Assembly (NCBI RefSeq): GCF_001194135.2
Contig: NC_069003.1
Coordinates: 8,686,563 to 8,718,641 of the forward strand
Length of the DNA: 32,079 nt
Direction of reading: 5' to 3'
DNA from: Octopus bimaculoides
Taxonomy: Eukaryota
In this document: one piece after another, positions 1 to 10,999 of the stretch
Layout: every line of letters begins with the position of its first letter
Position numbering within the stretch: position 1 is the first letter of the stretch
Translations under genes and position numbers: made by a program
Notes under the pieces: model-generated
Told to the model about the DNA's origin: nothing
What the model saw: the letters and a program-made list of their open reading frames with translations, nothing else
Database searches by the model: none

Positions 1-42
1 TATATATATATATGTATGTATATATATATATATGTATGTATG

Positions 43-73
<31 letters not shown>

Positions 74-122
74 GTATATATATATATATATATGTCTGTA
101 TGTATATATATATATATATATT

Positions 123-585
123 CGAGGGGTCTCTGCGAAAGAAAAGATCAGCTAATTTTTACATAGAAGATATTCAAAAAAATCATGATGTGATACACTA
201 TACCTGCCCTTTTTTGTCAGATTTAACGCATTATGGCAGCTCCTACAGTGGGTTTTGGTAAAATTGGGAGCACAGGTAATGATGAAGTTCCGATTTTGCG
301 AGCAAAAGAGTGCCGGACATCTATGTCGAGATGTAAGATATTTTAAAAGACGGCTGCCCATCTTACTCCACAATTGACAAAACATCTTAAAGGCACGATA
401 CTTCATTCCGATTCGAAAGTGATCGCTGGTACAAATTGTTGGTTGGAGCCTCAACTTTCCTAAAAATTGAAAGACCGTTGGAATAAGTGTATGAATCTGG
501 GAGGGGATTATGTTGAATAAATTTATTAAATGATTGTCCTGTATTTTATTTTACCGAAACCTAGGAACATTTTAGCACACCCTCG
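123..585 (+). mobile_element. Internally deleted mariner (Tc1/mariner) DNA transposon remnant
   Basis: Ends are CGAGGGG.. (123) and ..CACCCTCG (585), mariner-like TIR ends in TA-rich flanks. Plus frames give DIYVEM*DILKDGCPSYST (316-372, mariner N-terminal HTH-like) joined directly to LTKHLKG...KLKDRWNKCMNLGGDYVE* (374-520), the typical mariner transposase C-terminus. The DDD catalytic core is missing. Confidence 0.8.
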
Positions 586-624
586 CGTGTGTGTATATGT
601 ATACATACATAAATAAAAATACAC

Positions 625-656
<32 letters not shown>

Positions 657-697
657 TTATATATATATATATATACACACATACACACCCTCTTACA

Positions 698-975
698 TGG
701 TGTATGGCGTAGTGGTTAAGGTGTTGCTCCCACGATCTAGCGATCTTGGGTTCGATTTCCGGATCAGGTGGCGTGTTATCTTCTTGAGCAAAATATTTCA
801 TCTTTCGCTCAGCGATTATTTCGACACCTGACACGTGGCAAACATGTCTACCTGTACAAATATGTCAATTTGATGCAGCTAGCATACACTACATGCACTT
901 GCTCAACATAAGCAATTAATATGTGGTTGCAGGTCGTTCAGCAAAAACTGAAAGCTAATTTCCCTTGTCTTCGAC
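698..975 (+). mobile_element. tRNA-derived SINE, family E, degraded
   Basis: A-box TGGCGTAGTGG, B-box GGTTCGATTTCC, CORE-like TTCTTGAGCAAAA. The body is alignable by eye with 29815-30105. Confidence 0.7.
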
Positions 976-1005
976 GAGAGATTCAGTCATTGAATGCATG
1001 TATGT

Positions 1006-1042
<37 letters not shown>

Positions 1043-1084
1043 AGAATATGTATATGTATATGTATTTTTCCATATGTGTATTTT

Positions 1085-1341
1085 CATACACTGTTTTTAA
1101 CACTGTTTTTAACAATTTCACCTTAATATGACAATCAGTATGTAACACTACAAAGTTCATACAAAGCTTTATACTTTAAATATATTTTATCATCAAAGAA
1201 TGTATATATGCATTTTAATACTCAGACTGTTTTTTAACATTTTTTATTATTCTCAAAGACTTTTGATAATCTTTTTCTAAAAAAGTGAAACCGGTTAAGT
1301 AAATAAATATTTTTTAAAAATAAGTGCATTTTCAAACCTTC

Positions 1342-1377
<36 letters not shown>

Positions 1378-1790
1378 TTATACGTGTGTGTGTGTATCTA
1401 CACACAACGTGTGTGCTCGTATCTGAAAATGTGTGTATGCGTAAATAGGGTGAGCGCTGAATGTAATTCTTTATTAAAAACCCCATTCTGCTCAGTCATC
1501 CAGAATTTACCCCCAAAGTTTATATTTACAAAACTGTAAATACCAATACACAAAATAATCTCCCAGTAGGACATATAATTTCCCAAACCGACCAATGGTC
1601 AGAACGCACGAATAACTCTATGGTTTTATTAAACCCTTATACGTGCATCATAGCTTCTATTGAAGAGTTATTAGAAAGCTTAGAAGAGAGAAACCAAGTA
1701 CAAAATAACTCACTGTAGAATTTTAAAGCTTGGCTTCTTAACTAAGTCCTTGTGCGGTATATAAACAACCGAAATTATATTAACACCCAA
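1085..1790 (+). mobile_element. Possible decayed PLE linker plus GIY-YIG endonuclease fragment, split by a microsatellite
   Basis: Degenerate peptides QSVCNTTKFIQ, FNTQTV, VYIYKTVNT..QTDQWSERTNNS..SLEERN and RILK..TKSLCGI*TTE occur in the order expected for a PLE C-terminal region. Confidence 0.35.
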
Positions 1791-1801
1791 TATATATGAT
1801 A

Positions 1802-1953
1802 TGTGTGGTAAGAAGACTCCTTCACAACTACATGGTTCCGGATCCAGTGCCACTGCATGGAACCGCGGGCAAGCGTCTTCTCCTATAGCCTCGGGCCGAC
1901 CAGAGACTTGTGAGTGGATTTGGTTGCCGGAAGCTGAAAGAAGCCCGCCGTAC
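1802..1953 (+). mobile_element. tRNA/CORE-like SINE family A, 5' half
   Basis: GTGTGGTAAGAAG..GGGCAAGCGTCTTCTCCTATAGCC..GAAAGAAGCCCG matches nine other copies in the window and ends in a microsatellite. Confidence 0.85.
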
Positions 1954-1954
1954 G

Positions 1955-1990
<36 letters not shown>

Positions 1991-2005
1991 TACACACACA
2001 CACGC

Positions 2006-2053
<48 letters not shown>

Positions 2054-2293
2054 GCACGCACGGANNNNNNNNNNNNNNNNNNNNNNNNNNNNNNNNNNNN
2101 NNNNNNNNNNNNNNNNNNNNNNNNNNNNNNNNNNNNNNNNNNNNNNNNNNNNNNNNNNNNNNNNNNNNNNNNNNNNNNNNNNNNNNNNNNNNNNNNNNNN
2201 NNNNNNNNNNNNNNNNNNNNNNNNNNNNNNNNNNNNNNNNNNNNNNNNNNNNNNNNNNNNNNNNNNNNNNNNNNNNNNNNNNNNNNNNNNNNN

Positions 2294-2585
2294 CAGTGTT
2301 CAACTGGTACCTAATTCATCGACCCCCGAAGTGATGAAAAAGCAAAGTAGACCTCTGTGGTATTTGAACCCAGGACATACAGACATACCCAGGACATACA
2401 GACAGTTGTGCTTACAGTTTTGCCAGTTCGCGGCCTTTCACCGCCTTAATATTCCTTTCTGCTAAAGGAACAAGGCCTGAATTTTTTGGGGAAGGGGTAA
2501 GTCCATTACATCGGCCACAGTGTTTCACTGGTACTTAATTTATCGACCCCGAAAGGATGAAAGGCAGAGTCTACCTCGACTGAAC
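2294..2585 (-). mobile_element. Two adjacent fragments of tRNA-derived SINE family B
   Basis: Core CTGGTACTTAATTTATCGACCCCGAAAGGATGAAAGGC occurs twice (2294-2375 and 2452-2585). Confidence 0.8.
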
Positions 2586-2673
2586 ATAGGCAATCCGGTC
2601 CAATTCAAAAGACTCTCTCACACACATCTCGTTAGTCATATTTATAAGAAAGAGTGAATGATACCTACACTGA

Positions 2674-2718
2674 TATAGCGGAAAGCTTGCCGGGCGGAAA
2701 TGAACTCGGAGCACGGAA
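2674..2718. repeat. 45-bp GC-rich direct repeat, copy 1
   Basis: TATAGCGGAAAGCTTGCCGGGCGGAAATGAACTCGGAGCACGGAA is identical to 3397-3441. Confidence 0.95.
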
Positions 2719-2769
2719 CGTTAGATAAACAGGCAGACAAAGAGACAGAGATATAAAAAAGAAAGGTAG

Positions 2770-2945
2770 ATAAATATGGAGCAGGGGATAATCGACGATA
2801 TTCCCAGTACTTGACTAGTGCTATGTTTTGTTAACCTCCAAAAAGTTGAAGTAACATTGGCGCGATTTGAACACAGACGGTAAAGATCGAGAACGTGTAT
2901 CGTTGGATTATTTTTTGTCTGATGGTCTTAAGATTCTGATAATCC
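2770..2945 (-). mobile_element. Highly degraded SINE family B copy
   Basis: Weak colinear match (GGGGATAATCGACGAT..CCCAGTACTTGACTAGTG..GATTTGAAC..GATTCTG). Confidence 0.45.
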
Positions 2946-3396
2946 AATATCAATATTTCATAATATTTACACGACATATCGACTTCCATTTGCTAATATT
3001 TTATATAATAATTTAATTACATTCGCATCAGGATAGAAGCAATTATTTGTTGTTTAATGTAAATTAGACTAATGTCGGTAAATTCATTTAAAATGTTAAA
3101 ATTTAGTATTTTGTATTGTGTTAATGGAATGGAATTTTTTTGTCATCTTTTTCTGTTTCCATCTTCAATGTAAAGTTCAAAGTGAAGGTAGAACACGTGC
3201 TAAAATTGCGTAACGTGTTCTATGTGGCTGCATCATTCCCCTACCCCATCATCAATAGATATCCGTATTGATGTGTTCGAATTTTAGGGATATAGCTCAT
3301 GGACAATTAGTGAGACGAACAGACGCGTATTCGTCTTTTTTGAGGCTTGTCACTGGCGTGTATTTAGTAGGAGGGAGTGATTAATACATGCACTGT

Positions 3397-3441
3397 TATA
3401 GCGGAAAGCTTGCCGGGCGGAAATGAACTCGGAGCACGGAA
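3397..3441. repeat. 45-bp GC-rich direct repeat, copy 2
   Basis: Identical to 2674-2718. Confidence 0.95.
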
Positions 3442-3962
3442 TTGAAACAGCATTAAGAAGCAATAAATAATTGCTTAATGTACAACAAGGGGTGAATTTT
3501 CTAATCCAATTAAAGTTTCGTACCTTGTACTGTAATTTTGAAAAGGCAAGCTTCACTGTTTCTGTCTATCTGCCTGTCTTTCTCTTTCTCCTTGTATGGT
3601 ATCGATCTCCAGTTCAAAATATTGAGTAAAGGATCAAATTTAAATAAATCTAAAGACTCAGTACTTTGCATTAAACAACAACTAATAGCACGTAACCTGA
3701 ACTGAGAAGAGCGAACTGTTCTACTATACAGCAGCAGATGTAATTGTATCTAATCATATATCTGTATGAGAAACAAGGAAAATTCAGACCACATTCCAGA
3801 CAAACAATTAAACTACCAGTCGTTGCTCACAATATCTTTGGAAAACAGACATTCGCCTTAGGCTGGTAAGGGAACCAAGACGAGTTTTGGACCAACTCTA
3901 GTGCACGGTGGATTCTTTTCATTTTTACTACTTAATACATCACCAGTTCTATTGAACGTAAC

Positions 3963-4117
3963 TGACTGTGTGGTAAGAAGTTTTCTTACCAACTCCATCG
4001 TTCCGGGTTCAGTCTCACTGCGTGCCACATTCGGCTAGTGTCTTCTCCTACAGTCTCAGACCGACAAAAGTCTTGTGAGTGGATTTGATAGACGGAAACA
4101 GAAAGAAGCCGTTCGTA
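3963..4117 (+). mobile_element. SINE family A, 5' half
   Basis: Colinear with the other family A copies and followed by (TA)n. Confidence 0.85.
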
Positions 4118-4141
4118 TGTGTATATATATGCACACACACC

Positions 4142-4183
<42 letters not shown>

Positions 4184-4187
<4 letters not shown>

Positions 4188-4443
4188 GTGTCCAAAACGT
4201 CTGTCCGCAGTAAATATTTTATTGCAAAATAAATATTTATAAGATGGTATAAGACTACAAAGGAATATATTAGACTTTGCACGACTTCAAAAATCTTTAT
4301 AAGAGGTGTTGAAAGTATAGTCCTTCATTTTCTATACATATGTTGACTCTTCTATACATGTTTTGAAATACATCTTGGAGAGTCTGACGCGGAATGGAGT
4401 GGGTGAAAACAAATCGCTGCGAATAGACGTTTTGATCACCCTC
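4184..4443. mobile_element. Mariner/Tc1-type MITE (~260 bp)
   Basis: Imperfect TIRs GAGGTGTCCAAAACGTCT (4185-4202) and AGACGTTTTGATCACCCTC (4425-4443), both flanked by TA. No ORF inside. Confidence 0.75.
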
Positions 4444-5097
4444 TATTTATATATATTTGTGTGTGTGTGTGTGTGTGTGTGTACACACACATGTCTCTTT
4501 CCCCCATTATCGTTTATGTCCCCGAAACTTAGCGGTTCAACAAAAGTGCACATGTATATGCATATATATATANNNNNNNNNNNNNNNNNNNNNNNNNNNN
4601 NNNNNNNNNNNNNNNNNNNNNNNNNNNNNNNNNNNNNNNNNNNNNNNNNNNNNNNNNNNNNNNNNNNNNNNNNNNNNNNNNNNNNNNNNNNNNNNNNNNN
4701 NNNNNNNNNNNNNNNNNNNNNNNNNNNNNNNNNNNNNNNNNNNNNNNNNNNNNNNNNNNNNNNNNNNNNNNNNNNNNNNNNNNNNNNNNNNNNNNNNNNN
4801 NNNNNNNNNNNNNNNNNNNNNNNNNNNNNNNNNNNNNNNNNNNNNNNNNNNNNNNNNNNNNNNNNNNNNNNNNNNNNNNNNNNNNNNNNNNNNNNNNNNN
4901 NNNNNNNNNNNNNNNNNNNNNNNNNNNNNNNNNNNNNNNNNNNNNNNNNNNNNNNNNNNNNNNNNNNNNNNNNNNNNNNNNNNNNNNNNNNNNNNNNNNN
5001 NNNNNNNNNNNNNNNNNNNNNNNNNNNNNNNNNNNNNNNNNNNNNNNNNNNNNNNNNNNNNNNNNNNNNNNNNNNNNNNNNNNNNNNNNNNNNNNNN

Positions 5098-5143
<46 letters not shown>

Positions 5144-5774
5144 TATATATATATGTATGTATGTACGTGAATGTATGTAGAAATATATATTTGTAAGTAG
5201 ACATGTTTGTAAGTATGTTTGCATATACTTATATATTATTGTGTTGAGTGGAATGAATAAAGGAGACAGTAAGTGTCCTAATAGTCAACTTGAACTATAG
5301 GACGCGTAAAAAAAATTAAGGAATGGAACAATTAGTCGATATGTTGACTTGTTTACAACACTGAGCGAGAGACAGCTAAAGACTGAGAGACAGATATAGA
5401 GAGATAGAAAGAGAGGGATGGGGAGACAGAATGTATAGGTACAAGTGAAAAATCAATGTTAATCAGATATACATTTAAAATAGCTCTGGGGACTACTGAA
5501 ACTGTAGCACATTAATCAAGCAATCTCGTATTTCATTGGAGATCACTATAGACGTTAGCAGATAAGTTACAGACAAGCAAGCCAACACTGCACAACTTAC
5601 TTTCACTTTCGATTTCCAACGTGTTATTGTACTTTTTGTTTGTTTTGTTTCAAAACCATTTCGCTTCATTTACACGGCAACGTTTCTCTCGGGAAAGCTA
5701 AGGCCGTCAAAATAATATATTTCTGAGGTTTGTTTTAGGTTTATTATTATTAGTATTATTCTTATTATTATTAC

Positions 5775-5905
5775 AGAGAACTTTGCCTTTCATCAGTTCG
5801 GGATCGAGTCGATGAAAGAAGCACCAGTTGTGCCCTGGAGGCGATGTACTCGACTTACCCCATCCCGGCAACATTTCATACCTTGTGCCTATAACAGAAA
5901 GGAGA
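5775..5905 (+). mobile_element. SINE family B, 3' fragment within (TTA)n/(ATC)n repeats
   Basis: ACTTTGCCTTTCATC..ACCAGTTG..CCTTGTGCCTATAACAGAAAGG (tail type 1). Confidence 0.75.
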
Positions 5906-6043
5906 ATCATCATCATCATAGTAATTATTATCATTATTATCATCATCATCATTATTATTAATTACTTTTAATCTGCATATTTGTTACAGTCACTTCCCGA
6001 GACGCAGCGTGTGCCCTGAGGCGAGTGAAGAATAAGAGATGAA

Positions 6044-6107
6044 ACAGGCTGTTCCGTTGATGGGATCAACTGGAACCCTCGTCGGCGTAACCGACGGAGC
6101 GCCAACA
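6044..6107 (+). mobile_element. 3' end fragment of SINE family C
   Basis: CAGGCTGTTCCGTTGAT..CAACTGGAACCCTCGTCGGCGTAACCGACGGAG matches the 3' end of 18016-18341 and 21126-21170. Confidence 0.8.
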
Positions 6108-6402
6108 CTACCGGTGTCGACAGTTCCCTCTTCGACCAAGGCCTCGTCGGCTATTTGAAATTCCATTTGAAACGACAATGAGAGCTGAAAGGAATGTGCT
6201 GTCCTCCCACTGTCCTATAAATTTGCTGAAACGCGAATAGATGAGTGAGAATATTCTAAGCTGGCGCTTATAGGCCGAGGAGATATGAGAACTTACCATG
6301 ATAATTCTGGTGAGTAGGGTGGGTCAGGATCTATGAGATTCCTTCGTTGCCCTGAGTGGTGTTTTCCCCGCTAATAAGGAATTTGTCTGTTGAGATTTTT
6401 TG

Positions 6403-6560
6403 CAGGGGTGACTGTGTTGTAAGAAGCTTGCTCACTAACCACATGGTTCCAGGTTCAGTCCCACTGCATGGTACCTTGGACAGGTGTCTTCTATATCCAC
6501 GGGCCGACCAAAGCCTTTTGAGTGGATTCGGTAGACGGAAACTGAAAGAAGCATGTCGTA
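6403..6560 (+). mobile_element. SINE family A, 5' half
   Basis: Close match to the family consensus seen in the window. Confidence 0.9.
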
Positions 6561-6635
6561 TATATCTATATCTATATATATATATATATATATATTTCTG
6601 TGAGGTTCCTTCGTAGCCCTTGTTAAGATTTTTTA

Positions 6636-7030
6636 CAAGGATGGCTGTGTTGTAAGGAGCTTGCATCGCAACCAGATGGTTTCGTGTTCAGTTTCACTGC
6701 ATGGGCCTTTAGGCAAGTGTCTTCTACTATGTCCTCGAGCCGACCAAAGCCTTGTGAATGGATTTGGCTGAAGGAAACTGAGAGAAGTCCTTCGGATATT
6801 TCTATATCTATATATCTGTGTGTCTTTGACCACCCCCACATCGCTTGAGAAGCGGAGTCGGTGTGTTTACGTGTCCGTAACTTACCGGTTCGGCAAAATC
6901 GGCCGACAGAATAAGTACAAGGCATTAAAAAAACTTCATAGGGTAGATTTGTTCGACTAAAACCCTTCAAGGCAGAGTTCCAGCATGGCCGCAGTCAAAT
7001 GATAGAAACAAAAGAAAGAAAAAGAGAAAG
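6636..7030 (+). mobile_element. SINE family A, long form (5' half, internal microsatellite, 3' half)
   Basis: The 3' half GTGTTTACGT..AGAATAAGTAC..CAGCATGGCCGCAGTCAAATGA is shared with 13652, 19037 and 23688. Confidence 0.85.
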
Positions 7031-7427
7031 AAAGATTTATACTGATTAGACGTTTCTATATAAATTCCCACCGCCCTTTGTCTTTTCATTGTACTAAATA
7101 CATTTTCGCGGCCCGTGTAGCCAATAAAATAGCATTATTATTTCAGTATCGACTTCTACCTGACAACATAATGTCAGCTCTCCCCTGACATATTCTTGTT
7201 TTCACGTCCATCTAACTTCATTAATATATTTTAGAAATGTATTGATGTCACAACAATACAATATAATTTGTGCAAAACAATGTGGGTGTTTTTATTCAAC
7301 TTATTCAAATTCTACTTAATGTTGGCTTCAGTTCAATTATATTATGATTATTATAATTATTGTTATTACAATTATTAGTACAATTATTATTATTATTATC
7401 ATTATTGTGGATATTATTATTATTATT

Positions 7428-7697
7428 AAGACGCTGATCTGGCAGAATCGGTAGCACACAGGGATAAATGCTCAGCGGTATTTTACCCGGCAGCATATTC
7501 TGACTTCAAATTACACCGAGGTCGACATTGCCTTTTATCCTTTCGGGGTCGATAAATTCCGTACCAGTTACGCACTGGGGTTGATGTAATCGACTTAATC
7601 GTTTTCCCCAAATTTCAGGCCTTGTGCCTTTAGTAGTATTTCGCCCGCCTTTACGTTCTGAGTTAAAATTCCACCGAAGTTGGCTTTTCATCCTTTG
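7428..7697 (+). mobile_element. SINE family B full copy followed by a partial tandem copy
   Basis: A-box-like CTGGCAGAATCGG, B-box-like CTTCAAATT, core GGTCGACATTGCCTTTTATCCTTTCGGGGTCGATAAA, tail type 1, then a restart at about 7648. Confidence 0.85.
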
Positions 7698-8019
7698 AGA
7701 GTGGCGAGAATGGTGCGAGTGAACGGGCCTGCCATTGGAGAAAAAGAAATGAGAAAGGCACCTGCTCCAGGAGTCAAGGCACAGATGGTTCTCCAGTGTT
7801 TTTCCATGAGCAGCCCTCGAAGGTCTCCTCCTAGTTGAAGATTCTACATCGTTGAATTCTTTTGCTATTATGTTAATCTTGTTTACACTCAAAACCCTCA
7901 GAGCACAGACTCACATTCATATACACACACGCATTCTTTGCTTTGTCCTGTACAGTCCATAATGTTGTTCTTAAATCAACCCTTTGTGGTCAATGGAGAA
8001 ATCATTATTATTATTATTT

Positions 8020-8558
8020 AGTGAGAGCAGTGCATGTCATCAAAGTGATACTGGGTTAAAATATACGAAGCCCATTATACCCATCATGACTACCCATCTG
8101 ATAAGGGTACACCAGGCACATGCATCACAACCATATGTGCGCGAAATGGTGATCTCATATCACGATAAACAGCGCTTGACCTCGCAGGTGGGGCTCAGTT
8201 AGAATTTTATTCAGGTCGAGTATCCCATTCGGCTCAAAAGGTTCCCGAATAAGGTTTGTTTAAGGATGTTGAGCAAAACACCCATGTTTCCAAAGGTGAA
8301 TTATTCAAACCCCAAAGAATTCCTCTGAACACATGGCTATGATGCTCCCCCACTACTTCTGCTCGTGATCAGAGATGCACATATCGTCAGCCACCAAGGG
8401 ACATGCTCAACTGGTTAAGGCCAAACAACTGACAAGCAAATCTGTGGTATTGAGCAGAAAATTTGGTGTAGCCCATCTTTTATACCAAGACAAAACAATG
8501 TACATGATAACACTTCCAATCAGTTAAGATAAGAAGCCATGAGAGCCACTGCCTGGTA
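8020..8558 (-). mobile_element. ~540-bp non-coding interspersed repeat, probably a retroposon 3' end with a (TAA)n tail
   Basis: GC-richer block with sharp edges and (TTA)n on both sides, with no meaningful ORF. It resembles a high-copy octopus repeat from memory; only one copy is in this window. Confidence 0.5.
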
Positions 8559-9104
8559 TTATTATTATTATTATTATTACTTTACGACGTTCGACTATAA
8601 AAGCCTAGGAGCTAATATCATCCCCACGAGATGAATCATAAATTGAATAAAACCTTCACTTTGAGATGGCGATTCCAAATGAAACTCGACGTATTCGAAA
8701 ACACACGAAACGCATATGTGACGCCGATTCGACAAACGTCTCCGTCTTCGACTCAATTCTCTCATTTCAAGCAGAGTTTAATTTAAATACAACAGTAGAA
8801 TAAAAAAATAAAGCTCGCGATGTTGGAAATGATCCAGTTAAACTTGCTAAGTTAATTACAGATGTTTGACTGTTACAATTTGTTTGTTAGAGATTCCTGG
8901 AATGTTAGGAGTTGATGGTTTCCAAGTATACAATCGTGAAAATATCTAAACATACACAGACACGTTAACGTTTAATTAGTGGGATTTTGGGTGGTTCCAT
9001 TATCTCTTGAAATTCCTAACATTGTTATTGTCTACCAATGGCGAATAGATTCCGCATTGGAAACTACATTGGGGGTCACATGAGGAGTTTTCGAAAATTT
9101 TCTT

Positions 9105-9260
9105 AACATTGAATAAGAAAAAAAAGAACAGCAACAATTAGAATAATAATAATAAGAAGGAATGAAGAAAAAGAAAAAGAAAAACAGATAAAGAAAGAGA
9201 AGAAAAAGAAGGAAACGAAAAAAAAGAAAAAGAAGAAAAAGGAGAAAAAGAAAAAGCAGA
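9105..9260. repeat. Purine-rich low-complexity tract (AAG/AAAAG)
   Basis: Seen directly. Confidence 0.9.
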
Positions 9261-9262
9261 CT

Positions 9263-9476
9263 CATTTCTGCTATGTGTACAAGGCCTCAAATTTTAAGGG
9301 AGGGGACTAGTCGATTACATCGACCTCAGTGTTCAACTGGTACTTATTTTATCGATCTCGAAAGGATGTAAGGTAAAGTCAGCCTTGGCGGAATTTGAAC
9401 TGGGAATCTAAGATCGGGCGAAATATCGCTAAGAATTTCACCCGGCGTGCTAATGATCCTGTCAGTTCGCCGTCTT
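9263..9476 (-). mobile_element. SINE family B, full length, tail type 1
   Basis: Colinear with 26230-26471 over head and core. Confidence 0.9.
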
Positions 9477-9513
9477 AATAATAATAATAATTAGTTTTAT
9501 TGGCCACAAGGGC

Positions 9514-9553
<40 letters not shown>

Positions 9554-9569
9554 TATTATTATTAAAAAT

Positions 9570-9774
9570 TTTTTGCCACAAGGGCAGCTTTGAGGAGTTG
9601 GGGGTGAGTCGATTACATCGACCGCATTGTCCAACTGGTATTTATTTTATCAAGTCCGAAAGGATGAAAGGCAAAGTCGACCTCGGCGGAATTTGAACTC
9701 AGAACGTAACGACAGACGAAATACCGCTAAGCATTTCGCCCGGCGTGCTGACGTTTCTGCCAGCTCGCCGCCCT
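9570..9774 (-). mobile_element. SINE family B, full length, variant tail
   Basis: Head nearly identical to 26365-26470; tail ends GCCCTTGTGGCAAAA. Confidence 0.9.
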
Positions 9775-10370
9775 CAAAACTGATTATATTGAAAATAATA
9801 CTAATTGCCTATAACAATGATAATATATACTTAAAGATTTCTATACAGAGACGATACTTACAGATTAATAATAATACTACGTTATTAAGCCATTAATATT
9901 CCCCATAATGTAACACGTATCTAGTACAATAGCGTAAACCCAATTAACGAAAAACCCAGGCTGATTCGGTGGGTGACACACTGTTTAGAGTCAACTTATT
10001 TCCCTTTTCGTGGCTGATGTCTTGACCTTCTGGAAGAAATTAGAACCAAATGAAGGAAATTTCATTTGCTAAATAAGAAATCGGTGCCTATGACTCACAA
10101 AACCATTTGAATTTTGACCAATGTCATAGTTCGTACGTAATTGTCTGTCTCTATTATTTCTCTCTGACATTAATGGGAGATGACACATCTAAATGATACG
10201 ACTAATGGCATAGCAGCTGCCTATCTTTCTCGGCATTGATTTCTATGTTGCTTTTTGTTATTACCTGTCCAATCCTCTCTCTCACCTTTCCACTCTCTCT
10301 CCGTCTTTCTCTCTCTCTTACTCTTTCATTGTCTCAGTCTCTGCAGTTCATATTTTTCCCTATACACAGA

Positions 10371-10417
<47 letters not shown>

Positions 10418-10422
10418 CATAT

Positions 10423-10455
<33 letters not shown>

Positions 10456-10576
10456 TACACACACACATACGCATATCTATATAATTGAAATTTATAGAAA
10501 AACAAAAGACGAAGACAGGTGTATAAATAGATAGACAGGTATGCATGAATGTTTGTACATATGTGTGTGTGTGTAA

Positions 10577-10628
<52 letters not shown>

Positions 10629-10682
10629 TAGGCGCAGGCGTGACTGTGTGNNNNNNNNNNACACACACACACACACACTATA

Positions 10683-10846
10683 GGCGCAGGCGTGACTGTG
10701 TGGTAAGTAGCTTGCTTATCAACCACATGGTTCCGGGTTCAGTCCCACTGCATGGCACCTTGGGTCAGTGTCTTCTACTATAGCCTCGGTTCGACCAAGG
10801 TCTTTGAGTGGATTTGGTAGACGGAAACTGAAAGAAGCCCGTCATA
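10683..10846 (+). mobile_element. SINE family A, 5' half with intact head
   Basis: GGCGCAGGCGTGACTGTGTGG (A box), GGTTCAGTCCC (B box), CORE-like CCTTGGGTCAGTGTCTT. Confidence 0.9.
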
Positions 10847-10999
10847 TGTGTGTGTGTATATATATAGTATGTGTTTGTGTGCGTGTATGTATGTGTTCCC
10901 GTGCATGTATTTGTGTGTATACAGTCCAATTTGTTCTTTGCATAATTTGTGACTGCGGGATTCCATTTTATATTTCTGAGAAATTTGATTGCTTTTTTT

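Noticed and set aside
1467-1718. 83-codon open frame with a cadherin-like look (PEFTPKVY..NNLPVG..NPYTCII)
   Set aside because: It lacks the DxNDN, DxD and LDRE motifs. A decayed PLE endonuclease fits the flanks better, and ORFs this long are expected by chance.
7790-7890. RRRPSRAAHGK resembling RPL17 RRRTYRAHGR
   Set aside because: The match is too short and the flanking residues do not continue it.
10626-10702. Duplicated CACTATAGGCGCAGGCGTGACTGTGTG around a 10-N gap
   Set aside because: This is a typical unmerged contig overlap (assembly artefact).
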